From positions 11,975 through 75,974 of the forward strand of contig CAZMZE010000003.1 in NCBI GenBank assembly GCA_964570875.1: a stretch of 64,000 bases of DNA, given 5' to 3'. The DNA comes from an uncultured Dehalococcoidia bacterium. GTDB lineage: Bacteria > Chloroflexota > Dehalococcoidia > Lucifugimonadales > CATQGZ01. The notes beneath the pieces are model-generated. The model did no database searches. It was not told where the DNA came from and saw only the letters and a program-made list of their open reading frames with translations. Below, piece by piece: positions 55,252 through 64,000 of this stretch. Both the position numbers and the translations under genes were made by a program. Numbering within the stretch: position 1 is the first letter of the stretch; each line of letters starts with the position of its first letter.

Positions 55252-57023
55252 TGAAATCAGAAACCGACTTAAAAATGGATAACAATAAAATTGATCCGAT
55301 TACGCTTGAAGTGATGAGGAATGCATTCTATTCAATATCTGAGGAAATGAATGCTGCACTAATAAGGGCAAGCTATTCCACAAACATAAAAGATCGTCGA
55401 GATGCTTCATGTGCTATATACACTGCAACTGGTGATATCGTGGTTGTAGCTCAAAGTGAAATGGGTACGCCTCTGCATCTTGGTACCATGCATTCAGCTG
55501 TACAAACAGCTTTGGATGCATTTCCATTTGGCGAACTGGAGCCTGGAGACGCAGTGGCAATGAACACTCCGTACCCAGGTGGACCAGGTCACCTAAATGA
55601 TCTGTGCCTGATATCCCCAATTTTTCACGAAGATAGACTCGTAGCACTCACTGCCAACCAGGCGCATCATGTTGATATGGGCGGCTTCGCTCCTGGCTCC
55701 ATGCCTTTTGGAGTAACAGAAATTTACCAAGAAGGAATGCAAATACCACCTGTACGACTTTTCAGAAAAGGAAATCTTGACAGAGACTTATGGAACCTCA
55801 TCTCTCAAAATGTAAGAACTCCTGTAGAGGTGCGAGGTGATTTATTTGCTCAGCTGGCTGCTAACAGCGTTGGGGGGAGAAACATAGTTGGGTTAATGAA
55901 GAGGTACGGTACTAGAACCGTTCAGGACTACCTAGAGGAAATGCTCAATTATTCAGAAAGAAGAATGCGAGCCGCATTGCAGATCATTCCAAAGGGCAGA
56001 TATGAAGCATCAGATGTAATAGAAGGAGATGGCATCGTCGACCAAGACTATTCGATCAGGGTAAAAATCGACGCGAACGGAGAATCCATTAAATGCGACT
56101 TTTCTGATACAGATCCATCCACCCTCGGTCCATTGAATTGTCGTTGGCCTTCAGTTGCTGCTTGCGTATACTATGTCCTCAAAGCTGTACTTGATCCTGA
56201 ATTGCCCCCAAACGCCGGACTTTATAGACCAATAGAAATAATTGTCAAAGAAGGCACAGTTTTATCGGCCAAATATCCAGTCGCTGTTTGCAACGCAAAT
56301 ATCATCACCACCCAACGAATCGTTGATGTACTGATCTCTGCGCTCTCACAGGCTGTACCTGAACGTGTGCTTGCAGCATCTTCAGGAACTATGAACCTGC
56401 TCAACATAGGTGGCATAGATCCGCGGACCGGAATCTATTACAACTATGTTGAAACCTATGCTGGTGGCCAAGGAGCCATGAAAATACAAGATGGCATGGA
56501 TGCAGTTCAGAATCATATGACAAACACTCGCAATGCACCAGTGGAATCCATAGAACAGGCCTATCCTCTACTTGTGGAAGCTTACTGCCTAGTAACCGAT
56601 TCTGAGGGAGCAGGTGAACATCGAGGTGGAGTGGGCTTACGGCGATCTTTCCGGGTGATGGGTGATGAAATTCGAGTTACTTTAAGTTCTGATCGAGCAC
56701 GCGTTGCTCCGTGGGGACTTTTTGGCGGAGGAAGTGCAAGCACGTCAAAATGCGAAGTCATAGGACTTGACAACACCAATCGTAGACTTCCATCCAAGGT
56801 CACCACAAGTGTGCAACATGGGTCCATCCTAGAGACTACCACTCCCGGTGGCGGAGGCTGGGGAAATCCCAGAAAACGTGATCCTGAACTGGTTCTGGAA
56901 GATGTTGTTGCCGGGTTGGTTAGCGTAGACAGGGCTAGAGAAATTTATTCAGTGGCAATAGATCTCAATGAAATGATTGTCAACATCCCAGAAACTGCTA
57001 CGCTTAGAAATCAAATCGAGTGA
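55251..57023 (+). CDS. hyuB: hydantoinase/oxoprolinase family protein, B (HyuB-like) subunit
   Basis: DPITLEVMRNAFYSISEEM N-terminus typical of HyuB. The ATG at 55251 overlaps the hyuA TAA by 1 nt; the track start at 55191 adds 20 aa. Confidence 0.9.
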   Translation: MKSETDLKMDNNKIDPITLEVMRNAFYSISEEMNAALIRASYSTNIKDRRDASCAIYTATGDIVVVAQSEMGTPLHLGTMHSAVQTALDAFPFGELEPGDAVAMNTPYPGGPGHLNDLCLISPIFHEDRLVALTANQAHHVDMGGFAPGSMPFGVTEIYQEGMQIPPVRLFRKGNLDRDLWNLISQNVRTPVEVRGDLFAQLAANSVGGRNIVGLMKRYGTRTVQDYLEEMLNYSERRMRAALQIIPKGRYEASDVIEGDGIVDQDYSIRVKIDANGESIKCDFSDTDPSTLGPLNCRWPSVAACVYYVLKAVLDPELPPNAGLYRPIEIIVKEGTVLSAKYPVAVCNANIITTQRIVDVLISALSQAVPERVLAASSGTMNLLNIGGIDPRTGIYYNYVETYAGGQGAMKIQDGMDAVQNHMTNTRNAPVESIEQAYPLLVEAYCLVTDSEGAGEHRGGVGLRRSFRVMGDEIRVTLSSDRARVAPWGLFGGGSASTSKCEVIGLDNTNRRLPSKVTTSVQHGSILETTTPGGGGWGNPRKRDPELVLEDVVAGLVSVDRAREIYSVAIDLNEMIVNIPETATLRNQIE

Positions 57024-57200
57024 ATATATTCAATATGTGAAGTGCAAAGAAAATGCTGTTGTGTGGATAAAACTCTAGCGGGATGGTCGCTTGTTTCCAA
57101 GGATGGTTCAGGGTCTTCGCAATAAATGGTCAGTTTATATTTGTTGGACTCAATAAATCCACCGAGAATTCTGGCGCTATTCAGAAAGTAGTCTTAGATA

Positions 57201-58373
57201 ATGAACAAAAATGCTGATGCTGTGATAGTAGGAGGCGGAATACTAGGAGCCAGTACCCTCTACTATCTGGCAAAGATGGGGTTACGCAATGCAATAATGC
57301 TAGAAAAAGGGGATCTAGCTTGTGGGTCATCAGGCGACTCGGCTGCTATGGTGCGACAGCATTATTCTAACGAAGTAAGCATTAGACTAGTCAAAGAAAG
57401 TCTGCGGTTTTTCCAAAATTTTGAGGACGAATTCAACGAGCAAGGCGTTTTTAAGCAAACTGGATGGATGTTTTTGTGTCCACCTGATGCCAAAGACAGC
57501 TTTGATCTCAATATGGATCGATTAATTAATTTAGGTGTGCGTACCAGAGAGATCTCACTGAACGACGCCAAGGAACTAATCCCTAGCCTCAACACAGACG
57601 GCATAGGCCCCATCGCCTTTGAACCAGATTCTGGTTATGCTGATCCGAAACGGACCATTCAAGCCTTAGTTAATAGAGCTGAAGACATGGGAGCAGCTGC
57701 TCATACTCAAACAACCGCCACCGGACTGATACTTAACAAAGGTAAAGTGTGTGGTATTTCAACGTCTAGTGGAACTATATCAACTCCAATAGTGGTCAAT
57801 ACAGCAGGTCCGTGGGCGTACCAGGTAGGACTTTGGGCAGGACTAGAATTGCCACTAACTATCTCGCGAGAACAAGACATAGTTATTGAACCACCTAAAG
57901 ATGCAACTACTTTGGACCTTGTAGTGTCCAACATGGTGGACCGTACTTATTTTCGGCCTATTGGAAACCGATCTATTTTGGCAGGTGTTGGACACCCTAA
58001 GGAAAACGAGCCCGTTGATCCAAACAACTATAACCGTGAAGCCAACATGGATTTCATCTCAGATATAATGAATCGCATTGAATATAGATTCCCCAATTTG
58101 CGTGGATCCAAAGTGACTTCTAGTTGGGCCGGCCTATACACAATAACTCCTGACTGGAACACAATGGTTGGTCCAGCACCTGAAGTAGAAGGATTATTCC
58201 TCGGAGTAGGAGGCAGCGGGCACTCCTTCAAGCTGGGTCCAGCTATTGGAATGTGTTTGGCTGATCTAATAGTTAAAGGATCCTCTAGCCAGATCGACAT
58301 CTCGCCGTTGAGCCCGGATAGATTCAGCAAAGGAACCCCTCTAAGATCGACGTATGGAGGAAATCGCGGATAA
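57201..58373 (+). CDS. FAD-dependent oxidoreductase (DAO family, sarcosine-oxidase-beta/D-amino-acid-dehydrogenase-like)
   Basis: 390 aa with the N-terminal DAVIVGGGILGASTLYYLAK...LEKG dinucleotide fold and a C-terminal GGSGHSFKLGPAIG. Confidence 0.85.
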   Translation: MNKNADAVIVGGGILGASTLYYLAKMGLRNAIMLEKGDLACGSSGDSAAMVRQHYSNEVSIRLVKESLRFFQNFEDEFNEQGVFKQTGWMFLCPPDAKDSFDLNMDRLINLGVRTREISLNDAKELIPSLNTDGIGPIAFEPDSGYADPKRTIQALVNRAEDMGAAAHTQTTATGLILNKGKVCGISTSSGTISTPIVVNTAGPWAYQVGLWAGLELPLTISREQDIVIEPPKDATTLDLVVSNMVDRTYFRPIGNRSILAGVGHPKENEPVDPNNYNREANMDFISDIMNRIEYRFPNLRGSKVTSSWAGLYTITPDWNTMVGPAPEVEGLFLGVGGSGHSFKLGPAIGMCLADLIVKGSSSQIDISPLSPDRFSKGTPLRSTYGGNRG

Positions 58374-58402
58374 GTCATTAAAGATAAAAGGAGTTGATCA
58401 AT

Positions 58403-60073
58403 ATGCCAAGAATGACGGGTAAACATGCGGTCATGCAAATGCTCAGGGCTGAAGGTGTCGAATATATATTTGGTAATCCGGGTACCACAGAAACCCCTCT
58501 AATGGACGCCCTTGAAGATTATCCTGAAATAAAATACATGTTGACAGTCCAAGAAGGTGTCGCAATGGGTATGGCAGATGCGTACAGCCGCGCTCTAGGC
58601 CAACCTTCTTTCGTAAATCTCCATATTGAAACTGGACTCGCAAACGGTATCAGCCTACTCCAGAACGCGTATGACGGCGGTTCCCCAATTGTGCTAACAG
58701 CTTGTAACAAAGACATACGTGAACTTGCCCATGGACGTACTGATCTTCGTGAGATGGCCCGACAATTCACAAAATGGAGTGTGGAAGTAAGTCACCCGGA
58801 TGCTATTCCTGTAGCAATGAGGAAAGCCTTTTATGAAGCCAAGACTCCTCCAACTGGACCAACATTTATTTCGTTTACAGCCAATGCTTTGGACGACGAA
58901 GCAGACATTGAAATACTACCTTCCTCTAGATCATTCAGCAGTGCCAGACCCGACAGTACTGCAATTGAATTAGCTGTTGATATACTATCCACTGCATCCA
59001 ATCCAATCATTTTAGTAGGTGACAGCGTCGGAGAATCCGGAGCACTTGGGGAGGTGATCGAGCTTTCTGAAAAGCTTGGATCTAAAGTCTACTCAACCAT
59101 GTTTTCAGGAGTAAATTTCCCTACCAGTCATCCGCACTACATGGGACCCATCCGACTGGGATATCGCGGGACAAGAGATATTTTAGAGACAGCTGACGTT
59201 ATAGTTATGGCTGGTCGCATCGCTAGTAACTACTACATGTTCTCAGATCCTCCATTGAGATATTTCAGTGGAAAGAGCAAGCTTATTCACATCCACTGTG
59301 ATTCATCCAACGTTGGCCAAACCGAACCCACGGATGTTGGAATAGTCGCGGATCCTAAGGCAGCGATCAGTGAGATAGTTCAAGGATTAGGCATCAATAT
59401 GCACAAAGATGCTGTGACAGCATCCGCGGTAAGAAGCCAGTTGACAAGGTCAGAGAAGGAAGCAGCCTATTTAAAAGATACTGAGCGAACAAAACGCCTT
59501 TGGAAAAACGTTCCGATGAGTCCCGAAAGGATGATGGCTGAACTCTCCAAAAGTTTGCCGGAAAATGTGATCATTGCAAATGACTCTGTTACCAGTGGAG
59601 GAGCCTTGCATCACTCTGTTCAATTTGACAAAGCAGGCAGTCTATATGGAGGCCGTGGTGGAGCATTAGGATGGGGTATGGGAGGAACTTTGGGGATTAA
59701 ACTTGCCAATCCAGACAGCCCGGTCGTAGGTGTAATAGGGGACGGTAGTGCCATGATGACTATTCAGGCTTTGTGGACAGCGGCAGCCGAAAATATACCC
59801 GTCGTATATGTGATTTGCAACAACGGTGTATACCGTGTGCTTAAGGTCAACATGAATATGTACAAAGAACTTGTTCTCAAAGGTGAGGCGCCTCCAAGCA
59901 AATATATCGGTATGGACTTCTCGCAGCCGTTCGATATGGCAGGCATAGCCAAATCTATGGGAGTTTATAGTCGTCGCATAGAAGATCCGAACCAAATCGC
60001 CCCTGCACTTGAAGAAGCGCTTAATCTAGATTCTCCTGCATTACTTGATGTAATAATAGATCCAGCTTTATAG
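58403..60073 (+). CDS. thiamine-diphosphate-dependent enzyme (acetolactate synthase / benzoylformate decarboxylase superfamily)
   Basis: N-terminal VEYIFGNPGTTETPLMDAL, the ThDP motif GDGSAMMTIQALWTAAAENIPVVYVICNNGVY. The ATG at 58403 lies 9 nt after AAAGGAG. Confidence 0.88.
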   Translation: MPRMTGKHAVMQMLRAEGVEYIFGNPGTTETPLMDALEDYPEIKYMLTVQEGVAMGMADAYSRALGQPSFVNLHIETGLANGISLLQNAYDGGSPIVLTACNKDIRELAHGRTDLREMARQFTKWSVEVSHPDAIPVAMRKAFYEAKTPPTGPTFISFTANALDDEADIEILPSSRSFSSARPDSTAIELAVDILSTASNPIILVGDSVGESGALGEVIELSEKLGSKVYSTMFSGVNFPTSHPHYMGPIRLGYRGTRDILETADVIVMAGRIASNYYMFSDPPLRYFSGKSKLIHIHCDSSNVGQTEPTDVGIVADPKAAISEIVQGLGINMHKDAVTASAVRSQLTRSEKEAAYLKDTERTKRLWKNVPMSPERMMAELSKSLPENVIIANDSVTSGGALHHSVQFDKAGSLYGGRGGALGWGMGGTLGIKLANPDSPVVGVIGDGSAMMTIQALWTAAAENIPVVYVICNNGVYRVLKVNMNMYKELVLKGEAPPSKYIGMDFSQPFDMAGIAKSMGVYSRRIEDPNQIAPALEEALNLDSPALLDVIIDPAL

Positions 60074-60121
60074 AACTAAACCAAGTTTTGGGGAATAGAG
60101 TTACACTGATATTCCAGGTAA

Positions 60122-60661
60122 CTAGATACCGTCTGGAAGACGGACTACAATGGTTTTTGTACTAGTATCAACGCTTCTAACTACCTCTTGTGTTGCAGGT
60201 ATTAGGATCTCTCTGGAATTCGGGCTTCCAACGACATAGACATCATTAGCCCCCGTTTCAAGAATTTCAACAACTGCACCCAAGCGCATCCCATTTTCAT
60301 CATAAACATCACTGTCAATAATTTCAAAATGATAAAAGTTACCATCAATTTGGCTGGGACGGACATAGCTCAAAGGAACTTCTAGAAATAACCCAACAAT
60401 CGTCTCTGCTTCTGTTCTATCGTTCAAATTCTCTAAGCCAAGAATCAGTCCAGATTTTGTTGGACGCTCGCTTTCGATCTTGTGTGGATTGCCGGCAATA
60501 AAAACTACGCTTCCAACAGACAACCGACCACCAACACTTGTCAAAGATCGGACCTTAAGCAACCCTTCTATACCCCAAACGCCTACAATTTTACCTACTG
60601 TCACCCAATCTGATTTAGGAGAAACACTCTGTCTTCGTTCGTTCAAACTGAAGTTCGGCAA
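60122..60661 (-). CDS. rimM: 16S rRNA processing protein RimM
   Basis: 179 aa. VTVGKIVGVWGIEGLLKV and a PRC-barrel C-terminus. Position follows rpsP and the KH gene. TTG start. Confidence 0.88.
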   Translation of the reverse strand: MPNFSLNERRQSVSPKSDWVTVGKIVGVWGIEGLLKVRSLTSVGGRLSVGSVVFIAGNPHKIESERPTKSGLILGLENLNDRTEAETIVGLFLEVPLSYVRPSQIDGNFYHFEIIDSDVYDENGMRLGAVVEILETGANDVYVVGSPNSREILIPATQEVVRSVDTSTKTIVVRLPDGI

Positions 60662-60681
60662 TATTTATCCGTATTGGGAAA

Positions 60682-60909
60682 TCAGACTATCTCCAACACT
60701 GCCCGAACTGAATGCTTTACAGCTGCAACCCTCAACAAAACACGTATCGCTTGAGCTACATGCCCTTGCCTGCCAATAATTTTCCCCTTGTCTTCTTCGG
60801 CAACTTCAAGTTGATAAAGGAGTCTTCCGTCACTATTGGTCTCGGTAACTTTTACCTCGTCGGGGTTAGCTACAATCTGTTTGGCGATATATTCGACCAG
60901 ATCTTTCAT
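60682..60909 (-). CDS. khpA: KH-domain RNA-binding protein (UPF0109/YlqC type)
   Basis: 75 aa with GKIIGRQGHVAQAIRVLL, the KH GxxG motif. Conserved position between rpsP and rimM. Confidence 0.85.
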   Translation of the reverse strand: MKDLVEYIAKQIVANPDEVKVTETNSDGRLLYQLEVAEEDKGKIIGRQGHVAQAIRVLLRVAAVKHSVRAVLEIV

Positions 60910-61163
60910 TCTTCATCAGCCTTTTTGATAGTGCCCATGCTCTTCAACATCCGCTCAACCGATTCCGACGGCTTAGCACCTTGACTGATCCATTTTAAAG
61001 CTTTGGGTTCATCTATATTAATTGTCGGAGGTTCAGTCGTTGGATTGTAATGACCTAGTTGGTCAACAAAGGCGCCATCCCGAGCAGCCCTTGAGTCAGC
61101 CACCACAATTCTGTAGCTGGGTTGGTTTTTTGCGCCAACACGGCGCAACCGAATTCTTAACAT
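60906..61163 (-). CDS. rpsP: 30S ribosomal protein S16
   Basis: 85 aa. MLRIRLRRVGAKNQPSYRIVVADSRAARDG is the S16 signature. Confidence 0.96.
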   Translation of the reverse strand: MLRIRLRRVGAKNQPSYRIVVADSRAARDGAFVDQLGHYNPTTEPPTINIDEPKALKWISQGAKPSESVERMLKSMGTIKKADEE

Positions 61164-61244
61164 TTCCTATTCACCTCCACCAGCGCAAGGCTTCTTTTGA
61201 TTTATATGTTTATTTACCTTGCCTGTTAATATCATCTTATTTTT

Positions 61245-61517
61245 TTACTCGGCAGACCGATTCAGCATTTTTTCTAGCCGTGATTTGCGCCGGGCAGCAT
61301 TATTCGGGTGAATCACTCCTTTTTGAGCAGCCTTGTCTAAGGCGATTACTCCCTCCGCAACAGCTCTCTTAGCAGCATCTTCATCATCTGACAAAACAAG
61401 TTTCCTTGCATTCTTCACTAGCGTTTTTGCTCTATTCCGTATAGGCGCATTACGCTGTTGCCTTCTGATACTCACTCTGGCCGATCTTTTACTTGGCACT
61501 TTTTCAACTACCTCCAA
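61245..61517 (-). CDS. rpsT: 30S ribosomal protein S20
   Basis: 90 aa, basic and helical. SARVSIRRQQRNAPIRNRAKTLVKNA and GVIHPNNAARRKSRL. Confidence 0.93.
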   Translation of the reverse strand: MEVVEKVPSKRSARVSIRRQQRNAPIRNRAKTLVKNARKLVLSDDEDAAKRAVAEGVIALDKAAQKGVIHPNNAARRKSRLEKMLNRSAE

Positions 61518-61535
61518 AGATACTCAATTTCCCAT

Positions 61536-63713
61536 TCAACTAGATGAAACTCTACTTACGCTGACTATACCTTTTACACTTTCGAGCTTCGAAAACAAAC
61601 GGCTAAGCTGATCTATTCCCTGTGTAAAAACAGTGAGGGAAATCACACTTAGATCATCAATTTCTTCTGAAACGCATGAAGCTATATTAACACCTTCTTC
61701 TGATACAAGCGAGGTTACGTCCATCAACAATCCCACTCTATCCCAGGCATCTAGCTTGATTCTGACAGGGTACAGAACCTGAGTGCGTCCCCAATTTACC
61801 GGCACCAAGCGTTCACGCTCAGTCTCGGATGCTATATTGACGCAATCCTCTTTGTGCACAGTAATGCCTCTGTTACGAGTTATATAGCCAATAATTGTTT
61901 CACCGTTTATTGGGTTGCAACATTTCGCCATCCTTGTAAGAAGGTCTCCTACTCCCAATACTTGAATACCTGAGGCTGGGCTAGTAGATGGAATGGGCTG
62001 AACATTATCGTATTCATTTTTCTTATCTTGGGGTGATAATCGGCTTATGAGTTGTGGTACAGTAATCGTTCCGCTACCAAGGGCGACAAAAAACTCATCG
62101 ATGTTTTTGAAGTTTGCAGCCTCCGACAATTCTTCTTCTTTGATCGATACATGTAATCTACGTACTTGTTTTTGAAAAATCTCTTTACCACGATCGATAT
62201 TGGTCCTTCGCTCCTGCTTGTTGAACCACTGGCGTACTTTTTCCCTAGCTGACGCAGTTTTCACATATCCAACATTGGAGTTAAGCCAATCCAAGCTAGG
62301 TCCCTTCATCTGCTTACTGGTCATTATGCTCACAGTGTCGCCATTATTAAGATTGTAATGGAGTGGTACGAGTTTGCCATTAACTTTTGCACCAATACAC
62401 CTATGCCCAACATCTGTATGAATCCTATAGGCAAAATCAAGTGGAGTTGATCCAGAAGGAAGTTCCTTAAGATCACCTTTGGGAGTGTAAACAAACACTT
62501 GGTCCTGAAAAACATCTGTTTTGAAGGATTCCACAAATTCCTCAGCCCCTGTTACTTCACGTTGCCAATCCAACAGTTGCCTAAGCCACATCATTTTTTG
62601 ATCAAATTTAGTATCAGTTTCTGAGTTTTCTTTATACAGCCAATGAGCTGCTATTCCATATTCTGAAACTCTGTGCATATCATGAGTTCTAATCTGTACC
62701 TCAACAGGGGATGCTCCCTCACACAAAACCGTCGTGTGTATGGACTGATACAAATTATCTTTAGGATTTGCTATATAGTCATCGAACTGACCTGGCAGTG
62801 GCCTCCATCTAGTGTGCACAACACCCAAAGCTGCATAACAGCCTGGCTCGTCGTCAACGATAATTCTAAGCGCAAATAAATCGTATATCTCCCCAATTTC
62901 CTTATTTTGGCTAGCGTAGTTCTTGATTTTCTTGTGGATGCTATAAATGTGTTTAGGCCTACCGGTAATTTCAGCATTGATCCCAGAACTATCTAAATCT
63001 CCAATCATGAGCTGTGCGGCATTCTGTATGTATTGCTCTCTATCAACTCTTTTGGTATTGAGTAGAGACGAAATAGAGCGGTAAGCATCGGGGTCCAAGT
63101 GCTGGAAAGCCAAGTCCTCAAGACGCCATTTTAATTCCCATATACCTAACCTGTGTGCCAAAGGGGCATAGATATCAAGAGTTTCCTGAGCTATAACTAG
63201 TCTTCTTTCTTTAGGCAGTGATTTAAGTGTCCTCATATTGTGCAATCGATCGGAAAGCTTAATGAGCACTACCCTTACGTCTTCAGCCATGGTCACTAGC
63301 ATTTTCCTGACACTAGCCGCATGGGCAAGGCTGTCTGCCGAATCGGATAGTTCAAAATCGAATTTCTCTGTTAGGAGTTCTGTTTTGGTGAGTTTGGTTA
63401 CTCCGTCAACGAGGCCTGCTATCTCTTGTCCAAACCTATGTTCTATTTCCTTAGTGCTGACTTGGCAATCCTCTATCACATCATGCAAAATCGCTGCTGA
63501 AAGGGCATTAGCATCGAGCTTTAACTCTGCCAAGAAAAGAGCAGTTTGCAGGGGGTGATCTATGAAAGGCTCGCCCGAAAGGCGCATCTGACCATAATGC
63601 GCTTTTTCGGCGAACCGATAAGCTTCATCTATCACACTAATTCGTTCTTCTGGTATATACTCTCGAGCTTTGGCTAATAATTCATCTACAACCATTTTGC
63701 CTGCACATCCCAT
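61536..63713 (-). CDS. rel: bifunctional (p)ppGpp synthetase/hydrolase (RelA/SpoT homologue)
   Basis: 725 aa with an HD hydrolase domain (HPLQTALFLAE...LHDVIED), a synthetase domain (RPKHIYSIHKKI...DLFALRIIV), and TGS and ACT domains. Confidence 0.95.
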   Translation of the reverse strand: MGCAGKMVVDELLAKAREYIPEERISVIDEAYRFAEKAHYGQMRLSGEPFIDHPLQTALFLAELKLDANALSAAILHDVIEDCQVSTKEIEHRFGQEIAGLVDGVTKLTKTELLTEKFDFELSDSADSLAHAASVRKMLVTMAEDVRVVLIKLSDRLHNMRTLKSLPKERRLVIAQETLDIYAPLAHRLGIWELKWRLEDLAFQHLDPDAYRSISSLLNTKRVDREQYIQNAAQLMIGDLDSSGINAEITGRPKHIYSIHKKIKNYASQNKEIGEIYDLFALRIIVDDEPGCYAALGVVHTRWRPLPGQFDDYIANPKDNLYQSIHTTVLCEGASPVEVQIRTHDMHRVSEYGIAAHWLYKENSETDTKFDQKMMWLRQLLDWQREVTGAEEFVESFKTDVFQDQVFVYTPKGDLKELPSGSTPLDFAYRIHTDVGHRCIGAKVNGKLVPLHYNLNNGDTVSIMTSKQMKGPSLDWLNSNVGYVKTASAREKVRQWFNKQERRTNIDRGKEIFQKQVRRLHVSIKEEELSEAANFKNIDEFFVALGSGTITVPQLISRLSPQDKKNEYDNVQPIPSTSPASGIQVLGVGDLLTRMAKCCNPINGETIIGYITRNRGITVHKEDCVNIASETERERLVPVNWGRTQVLYPVRIKLDAWDRVGLLMDVTSLVSEEGVNIASCVSEEIDDLSVISLTVFTQGIDQLSRLFSKLESVKGIVSVSRVSSS

Positions 63714-64000
63714 TAGACTGCTTTAACAAAGTATATCTCTAGCTTGAACACGCCGCAATTAAAAATCAATCCGGCAAAACAGATCTCAATAAATCCTTTT
63801 ATCTACTGCTACATAGTGGCAAGTGAACTTCTATAAAACACTCACGTACTGGAAATAATAAAAGCCGGCACACCTATTTATAACTCAAAGGTATATGGAT
63901 TCGTTTGCAAAACAGAGGTTTTCTCAATTTCAGAATCTTTTCGCCTTACAATTCATTGAGTTATGATTAATACTAACATTTAATGAGATGTTGGGAGAAT

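Noticed and set aside
1-64000. Scan for CRISPR arrays, transposases, phage genes, toxin-antitoxin pairs, restriction-modification or other defence systems
   Set aside because: None found. All intergenic regions are shorter than 400 bp and contain no spaced direct repeats. Every ORF longer than 100 aa on the coding strand has a housekeeping, metabolic or DUF-type assignment.

Overview
This is a gene-dense, AT-leaning bacterial chromosomal window with about 65 protein genes, 3 tRNAs and one 5S rRNA. There is almost no non-coding space: many genes overlap by 1-4 nt, and two convergent pairs share or abut stop codons. The content is mostly core housekeeping. In map order: nuoA-B-C-D followed directly by nuoH (no nuoEFG); an isoprenoid block (polyprenyl synthase, yjbQ, hpnC-hpnD-hpnE, the three-step squalene route); a nucleoside hydrolase; an extended suf operon (sufB-C-D, sufU, rrf2, Rieske, sufS, second sufU); a DUF2339-like/DUF3999-like membrane pair; an orphan family-5 solute-binding lipoprotein; tatD; a Yip1-like protein; lysR; a short S26 peptidase; sirC-hemC-cobA/hemD-hemB; gatB; a membrane-anchored yvcK; secG; ispD-ispF-cysS; a Cys-nucleophile alpha/beta hydrolase; an EVE-like/DUF1802-like pair; Ni-superoxide dismutase; a cupin plus PanE-like reductase; an M20 peptidase; LarA; tRNA-Thr/Tyr/Thr-tuf-rpmG-secE-nusG-rplK-rplA-rplJ-rplL; LarC; clpC; rpsA; a stand-alone 5S rRNA with its own sigma70-type promoter; hyuA-hyuB, an FAD oxidoreductase and a ThDP enzyme; rimM-khpA-rpsP; rpsT; and rel. 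I saw no transposase, integrase, phage, CRISPR or toxin-antitoxin signature. The EF-Tu sequence, the long-linker lipoprotein, nuo without EFG and the NiSOD suggest a marine Chloroflexota (SAR202/Dehalococcoidia-like) genome, but I cannot test that inference here. The best candidates for undescribed biology are: (1) the translationally coupled Zn-ribbon polytopic membrane protein plus internally duplicated anchored exoprotein at 16210-19499; (2) the hyuAB/FAD-oxidase/ThDP-enzyme block at 53200-60073; (3) the orphan, self-promoted 5S rRNA gene; (4) the tail-to-tail pair of PUA-like small proteins at 36061-37162; (5) the dispersed nickel enzymology (NiSOD, LarA, LarC without LarB/LarE). All family assignments rest on motifs I recognise by eye, not on database searches.
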